Positions 59,026 to 64,000 of a DNA stretch of 64,000 nt are shown here, piece after piece. The DNA is from a virus. Lineage: Duplodnaviria > Caudoviricetes. The stretch spans positions 1 to 64,000 of the IMG/VR virus record IMGVR_UViG_3300027628_000010; one strand, given 5' to 3'. Positions within the stretch are counted from its first letter, which is position 1. Each line of letters opens with the position of its first letter. The notes beneath the pieces were generated by a model that was not told the DNA's origin, ran no database searches, and worked only from the letters and a program-made list of their open reading frames with translations. Position numbers and translations under genes: made by a program.

Positions 59026-59879
59026 AAATCTCAGCAGTGAAAGAATATGAAGGCAGCTTAAAGAAGTTAAGCAATTTATTGGCAGACAGCAACAAGAAAG
59101 TACAAGGGGTGTTTTATACAAACACATTCTTCTCTAAGCGTTACCTTTCTCGAGCAAATAGTGTTGTAGAAGATATCGACTTAGCAGAGAACTTTGTTAA
59201 GCTTACAGTAGCTACCCGTTTAGAGCCTGTAGGATTACTAGAAGTAGAGAATACGTTAGATATGTTAGTAGAGTTTGAGGCAGGGGACATTCCGGGATTC
59301 GTTCAAGCAGGTTTACTTGATGGGTCCGATATTGAGCCGCAGCCTCTAACACCTGAAATTGTAGCAACAACAAAAGGTCTATACACTGTAGACATTTTAC
59401 TTAACATGAAGGAGCCGAAAGTTACATACCAAGAATTTAAGATCGCTGGCGTTCCTTTTACACTACTAAACTTACACCAAGAGCTTGATGAGGACTTCGA
59501 CCAGACTGTAACATTACTATTCGGTCCGGCAGAAAAGCTTTACTTCTTCTCTAACTTCTATGACAAGGAATTAAACAACCGTGATACGAAGATCGTTCTC
59601 GATTTAATTATGGACGAGAATATCACAGGTAAAGTAATTAAGGCAGTTAAGCTAGAGACTGATTCAGCTCACACAATGCTACACCCTTATGAAGAACTTA
59701 TCAGCTCTTATATGACAATCGATGGCGCTTATGTATTCGGTCATGGCTCAGGCTATGTACGTATCAGTCGAGAAGAGATTAGCAAATACAAGATGACTCT
59801 AGAGCCTCAAGGAACTAGCGGCAGATACATGTTACGTTTAAGCAATGGTAAAAGTGTTATTCGTCTCTATATGGAATAG
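59022..59879 (+). CDS. Conserved hypothetical protein
   Basis: 285 aa after AAGGAGG. Confidence 0.6.
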   Translation: MKISAVKEYEGSLKKLSNLLADSNKKVQGVFYTNTFFSKRYLSRANSVVEDIDLAENFVKLTVATRLEPVGLLEVENTLDMLVEFEAGDIPGFVQAGLLDGSDIEPQPLTPEIVATTKGLYTVDILLNMKEPKVTYQEFKIAGVPFTLLNLHQELDEDFDQTVTLLFGPAEKLYFFSNFYDKELNNRDTKIVLDLIMDENITGKVIKAVKLETDSAHTMLHPYEELISSYMTIDGAYVFGHGSGYVRISREEISKYKMTLEPQGTSGRYMLRLSNGKSVIRLYME

Positions 59880-59891
59880 GAGGAAAATTAA

Positions 59892-60170
59892 ATGGATAAA
59901 CCTTTGTTACGAGGGATAAGCCACTATAAAGTAATGGATATCCCTGATAGTATTTCTAAGTCTTTCGAGTCTTATAAGTTTAACGGTACCAATCCTGAAC
60001 CGACTAGTTGGGTTCAGGAGGAAATAAAAGACCTTACAGCTTATTTAGAGAAAGTACTATTTTACGACTATGTAGGTAAACCTAATACTTCTGAGACTAG
60101 AGCAGAAATGTGTAAAACGATCGATGAGCAGCTGTATGCTAAGCTAAAGGGAGGAAAATTAAATGCCTAA
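59892..60170 (+). CDS. Hypothetical protein
   Basis: 92 aa, RBS GGAGG. Confidence 0.55.
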   Translation: MDKPLLRGISHYKVMDIPDSISKSFESYKFNGTNPEPTSWVQEEIKDLTAYLEKVLFYDYVGKPNTSETRAEMCKTIDEQLYAKLKGGKLNA

Positions 60171-60405
60171 ATTTTTTCAATACTCCCCAGTTCGATATTT
60201 TATAGGGGCGCAACATGTTCGTAAAAGTCGAGCGCTAGCTTCAAGTATATGGAATATTCCAATCCCAACAAATGTGTACGCTAAACCGCCCTACGATGCT
60301 ATAGAGCATTTTAAAGATTGGGTTAAGCTACCTAAAGCGCCTATAAGCTGCCGTATGTTTATCAATGGTATAGAATGGTTTCCAAAAAAGGGAGGAAAAC
60401 AATAA
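60163..60405 (+). CDS. Hypothetical protein
   Basis: 80 aa, RBS GGGAGG. Confidence 0.55.
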   Translation: MPKFFQYSPVRYFIGAQHVRKSRALASSIWNIPIPTNVYAKPPYDAIEHFKDWVKLPKAPISCRMFINGIEWFPKKGGKQ

Positions 60406-61367
60406 TGTTAGCACCTGAAAAGATGACGTTCTATTGTAGACCAAAAAATGATCAAGGAATCTACCACGCTTTCCCGGTAGACTCTAAAGGTTCACATGAA
60501 GTGGCAAAGAGCTGGGCTACGAACGGAGGTAAAAGCTGGGGCGGTTCTGGCTGGGTCTATAAAACAAAAGACGGGTCCGATGTTATCTCCTTTGAATTTG
60601 ATAATAAAGGTTTCGATCATGTAACCATTACAGAGCTAGACTATCGAGGGAACGGCGGTAGAGCTTATCAAGCTATTCTTGAACATGAAGGTAATAAGTT
60701 TAGAATAGACCTTCGTGAGAAGACATTAATGGACGTTATTCGTCTTAAAGGTATAGAGGCAGGAGGTAAGCTTAACGGGACTTTCTGCTTCGTTAAAGAG
60801 GCTGCACAGACTAATATCATACTAGAAGGTACAAAAGAGCATACAGCAGCTGTAGCAGAGCGTGAGAAGCGTGAGACGTTTACTAAGAAGATTAGTAACA
60901 AAGATTTAAAACCGGGCTACGCTTATGAGACTGTAACAGGTAAATCATCTATTTTCTTAGGCTTTGTATACACCCAAGCTTTCGATAGAGACGAGTATGA
61001 TCTATCTAATCCTCGTAAGGCTATGTTATTTGCTAATTGTTCAGAGGAAATTAAATCGTTCCTAACTACAGGTGAAGTACCTCAATACGGGGTTTATAGT
61101 TGGACGTTTAGTGTAACGAAGTCTCATTCATTTAAAATTGAGAAAGATAAAGTCCTAGATATACCTTTGTCAGATGCTTTAGGGCATATAAATAATTACT
61201 TTCAGCAAGAGTACGCTAGAATAATGGATATGCAGAGATACAGTTATGATATTAACGACTTCTTCAAGGTGTATGAACTTGCTAATATTAAAGAAGATAA
61301 AACAGATGTATATTTTAACAGACAAGAAATAAAAGACATGAGCTATAAAGCAAGCCGTAGATACTAG
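60405..61367 (+). CDS. Hypothetical protein
   Basis: ATG 60405 after GGGAGG; terminator 61373-61405. Confidence 0.6.
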   Translation: MLAPEKMTFYCRPKNDQGIYHAFPVDSKGSHEVAKSWATNGGKSWGGSGWVYKTKDGSDVISFEFDNKGFDHVTITELDYRGNGGRAYQAILEHEGNKFRIDLREKTLMDVIRLKGIEAGGKLNGTFCFVKEAAQTNIILEGTKEHTAAVAEREKRETFTKKISNKDLKPGYAYETVTGKSSIFLGFVYTQAFDRDEYDLSNPRKAMLFANCSEEIKSFLTTGEVPQYGVYSWTFSVTKSHSFKIEKDKVLDIPLSDALGHINNYFQQEYARIMDMQRYSYDINDFFKVYELANIKEDKTDVYFNRQEIKDMSYKASRRY

Positions 61368-61413
61368 TAACTAAGGTGAGGAAAATTTCCTCACTTTTTT
61401 TTTTATTTATTTG

Positions 61414-61443
61414 TTGACAGTATGATACAGGCTATGTTAGACT
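61414..61443 (+). promoter_or_regulatory. SigA-like promoter
   Basis: TTGACA-N18-TAGACT with TG extension. Confidence 0.6.
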
Positions 61444-61487
61444 CTAAATATAGCAAGAGATTAAAAGAATTTGAGGAGGAACACAAA

Positions 61488-62201
61488 ATGACAGAGAACA
61501 AGAAAATCGACATTTTAAACGACTTTACAGAAGAAGAGGTAGCAGTATTTTCACCAACACCTGCAATGGACAATGAGGATATTTCAGAAGCAAACAGAGT
61601 AGCAGCAATGTATAAAGCTGGCTTATCTATTAAAGACATCCTTACAGCAAACAATATCTCTACGGGTCGTATGTATGAAATCCTTAACCGTAAGCAAGTG
61701 CCGCTACGTAAAGGGCGTAAGGTAAATACAGAGTCTGCTAGACGCATTCTTATGATGACTGCTAAACAAAAGCAAGATGTTATCATCGACTACCGAGATG
61801 GCGTAAAGGTTAAAGACATTTTCAAAAAATATGACATTAACAAACACGGACTATACTCTATCCTAGATGAACATAACGTACCACGTAAGGACAACCCAGA
61901 ACTACATACAGGGCATCACCACAATAACAGCAACCGTTTGACAAAAGCAGAAAAAGAAGACATGCTTAAAGAGATTGAAGAGGATGATATCTTCGCTCCG
62001 CTAGATACACTCGTACGAGCTAAAGAAAATAAGCTTGACGAAGAAATCTATGCAACTATGACAGAGGGTAAGGCTGTAGAATCTGTTACGTTCCGTAAAG
62101 AAGGCGATATCCTTTTCATCGATGTAGAGCTATTCGAAAATCATCCATTAGATAAAGTCTATGTAAATGTTAGTCTAGCTAACCCAGAGGAGGAAAAATA
62201 A
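61488..62201 (+). CDS. Protein with two tandem HTH-like repeats
   Basis: YKAGLSIKDIL..NNISTGRMYEILNRKQVPLRK / YRDGVKVKDIFKKYDINKHGLYSILDEHNVPRK; ATG 61488 after GAGGAGG. Confidence 0.65.
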   Translation: MTENKKIDILNDFTEEEVAVFSPTPAMDNEDISEANRVAAMYKAGLSIKDILTANNISTGRMYEILNRKQVPLRKGRKVNTESARRILMMTAKQKQDVIIDYRDGVKVKDIFKKYDINKHGLYSILDEHNVPRKDNPELHTGHHHNNSNRLTKAEKEDMLKEIEEDDIFAPLDTLVRAKENKLDEEIYATMTEGKAVESVTFRKEGDILFIDVELFENHPLDKVYVNVSLANPEEEK

Positions 62202-62202
62202 T

Positions 62203-62799
62203 ATGAGTACTTTTACACAAAGCATGCGGTATGGTAAAGAAATGTCGGCTACTGAATTTATTCTAGGGTGGGCTAAGCTCCGAGGCGGATTAGCGCATAT
62301 GAGAGAGGAAAGCTTAGATGCTCCTATCCGTATGTGTGCTGTATCTCCTTATAGAGAGGCTAGCATAAAACGTGCAGAACGAGAGTTACAGCGTTATAAG
62401 AATATGACTCTAGAAGAAGCAGCAGAGCTTGTAGAGGACGATTATAACCGCTCTATGAAACACCAAGAGAGCATGAATGAGCAACGAGACGCACAAAAGA
62501 AGATGTATGAAGAATTACTGGCAGAAGTTGAGAAGTGGGAGCCTCCTACTGAGAGACATTTAACTATTAAAGAAGACGCTATTAGCGATTTAAAATCCGC
62601 TATCAAAGATTGTGAATACTCTACTATCGAATACAAGAAAGAGGACCCACAAGAGTATATCAACATTTGGGTTAACTATTATACAAACGATCTTGAGAAA
62701 CAAAAAGAGCGTCTAGAAGACGAGAAGAGAGCTGTAGCAGAGCGTAATCAGTGGATTACAGACCTACTTTCTTCGTTGGAGAAAACATATGAAGATTGA
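62203..62799 (+). CDS. Conserved phage hypothetical coiled-coil protein
   Basis: 198 aa. Confidence 0.55.
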   Translation: MSTFTQSMRYGKEMSATEFILGWAKLRGGLAHMREESLDAPIRMCAVSPYREASIKRAERELQRYKNMTLEEAAELVEDDYNRSMKHQESMNEQRDAQKKMYEELLAEVEKWEPPTERHLTIKEDAISDLKSAIKDCEYSTIEYKKEDPQEYINIWVNYYTNDLEKQKERLEDEKRAVAERNQWITDLLSSLEKTYED

Positions 62800-63133
62800 C
62801 GTAACTAAGTTAGCTATTGTATTAGACTATATGCAACGTGGGGGAGAAGTCTTCTACGAAGGGCGCAGGCTTGTATGGCTTGATGAACATACGGTAAGAG
62901 AAGATGAGTCACACCGATGGGTCGTAGACGGTTTAGCTATTAAGACTAAGAAGCTTAGTGCTGCCGACTGGTTAAAGTATGGTGGAGATGACCCTAACGT
63001 TGGGGAAACCTACTATATGGGTCATGACATGTCTGTAACTCAGTTTGGGGAGTTTATTAACAAGATGTCCCCTGTAGAGTTTCAGCGCATTGCAAGAGAG
63101 CTGGTAAAATTAAGAAACAAAGCAACCGTATAG
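62789..63133 (+). CDS. Hypothetical protein
   Basis: 114 aa. Confidence 0.55.
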   Translation: MKIDVTKLAIVLDYMQRGGEVFYEGRRLVWLDEHTVREDESHRWVVDGLAIKTKKLSAADWLKYGGDDPNVGETYYMGHDMSVTQFGEFINKMSPVEFQRIARELVKLRNKATV

Positions 63134-63140
63134 ATAAAAT

Positions 63141-63234
63141 GTTACAGGGTAAGTTATAGCCATAAACAAATTTAATTTACTCTGTAACTTTTTTAATAAA
63201 AACTGTTGACTTAAAGTTAACCGCATGCTATACT
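63141..63234 (+). promoter_or_regulatory. Long terminator hairpin plus SigA-like promoter
   Basis: GTTACAGGGTAAGTT...AATTTACTCTGTAAC + T run; TTGACT(63206)-N17-TATACT. Confidence 0.6.
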
Positions 63235-63267
63235 TGGTTCATAAGATAACAAAAGGAGGAACACAAG

Positions 63268-64000
63268 ATGGCAAAAGGAAAACGAGTTGGCAGCTTAGCA
63301 GAAGTAATCGGTGAGTCATTAGGGTTAAACAATTACAAATCTGAGGAGGAAAACAAAATGAATAAACAAGTTAAATTAACAGCAAACAATGAAACAGCGG
63401 TAGTTACAGAGGTATCAGGAGTAGTTCAAGTAGATCGTGGAGGTCAAGTAACACCATTTAAACCAGAATTTACGTTCGAAGGTGTAGTAGAAAAATTCAA
63501 GGAATATGGATGGCAAGTAGTGGAGCCAGAGCCAGCTCCAGAACCAGAGCCGGAGATTAAAGTAGTAGCAGCTCACTCAGGCGGAGTGGAAATGGAAGTA
63601 GCGAACATGGCATTTTCACAAAACATTACAATTGCAGCACAGAAGGCAACAGACAAATACCTTGAGTTACAAAAGCAAATTGCTGAGCTGAAGAAGGAGC
63701 AAGACGAGTATAAAGCAGATATTCGTCAGTACATGGATGACAATGGTGTTAAGGCGATCAAAGGCACATACGGTCAGGAAGTATACTTACAAGATGCTAA
63801 AAAGTCTAACAGCACTTCTCGTTACACTGACTATGAAATGGAAGATGTAATTCCATTATTAGATGAAGAATTAGTTCGTCAAGTAACAGAAACTCGTATC
63901 AATGCAGAGAAGCTTGACGCATTCCTTAAAGTAAGCAAGTTGCCGAAAGAGCGTAAAGATGCAATTAAAAAGACAAAGATTGCAGTAATGGGCAACCCAC
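63268..64000 (+). CDS. Hypothetical protein, 3'-truncated by window, two in-frame starts
   Basis: ATG 63268 (AAAAGGAGG) and ATG 63358 (GAGGAGG), 90 nt apart; PEPAPEPEPE linker; coiled coil KYLELQKQIAELKKEQDEYK. Confidence 0.7.
   Translation, partial: MAKGKRVGSLAEVIGESLGLNNYKSEEENKMNKQVKLTANNETAVVTEVSGVVQVDRGGQVTPFKPEFTFEGVVEKFKEYGWQVVEPEPAPEPEPEIKVVAAHSGGVEMEVANMAFSQNITIAAQKATDKYLELQKQIAELKKEQDEYKADIRQYMDDNGVKAIKGTYGQEVYLQDAKKSNSTSRYTDYEMEDVIPLLDEELVRQVTETRINAEKLDAFLKVSKLPKERKDAIKKTKIAVMGNP

Noticed and set aside
2889-62666. Many short minus-strand ORFs in the track
   Set aside because: All overlap strong + strand genes, lack RBSs and recognisable motifs; they look like shadow ORFs

Overview
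A 64 kb segment of a large lytic Bacillus-type myophage genome, with gene order and proteins typical of Herelleviridae (SPO1/Twort/Bastille-like). All credible genes are on the + strand. 1-19.5 kb is the tail, baseplate and receptor-binding module. It ends in three candidate depolymerase tailspikes (one HylP/hyaluronate-lyase-like, two right-handed beta-helix) that share a short N-terminal motif and similar upstream cassettes. 19.5-19.8 kb is an extremely AT-rich candidate origin. 19.8-49.7 kb covers replication, recombination and nucleotide metabolism: two helicases, Rep-like protein, SbcCD-like nuclease, primase, a divergent dUTPase, resolvase, class I RNR with a free-standing HNH gene, thioredoxin, HU-like protein, family A DNA polymerase split by a 791-nt group I intron carrying an HNH gene, UvsY-like protein, Q-rich SSB, a Tad1-like anti-defence sponge, RecA and a sigma factor. 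49.7-64 kb holds a holin, a catalytically degenerate NrnB-like DHH protein, a metallophosphoesterase, membrane and lipoproteins, and many hypotheticals. No tRNA, rRNA or CRISPR array was seen. All family assignments come from motifs recognised by eye and remembered reference sequences; no database search was run.
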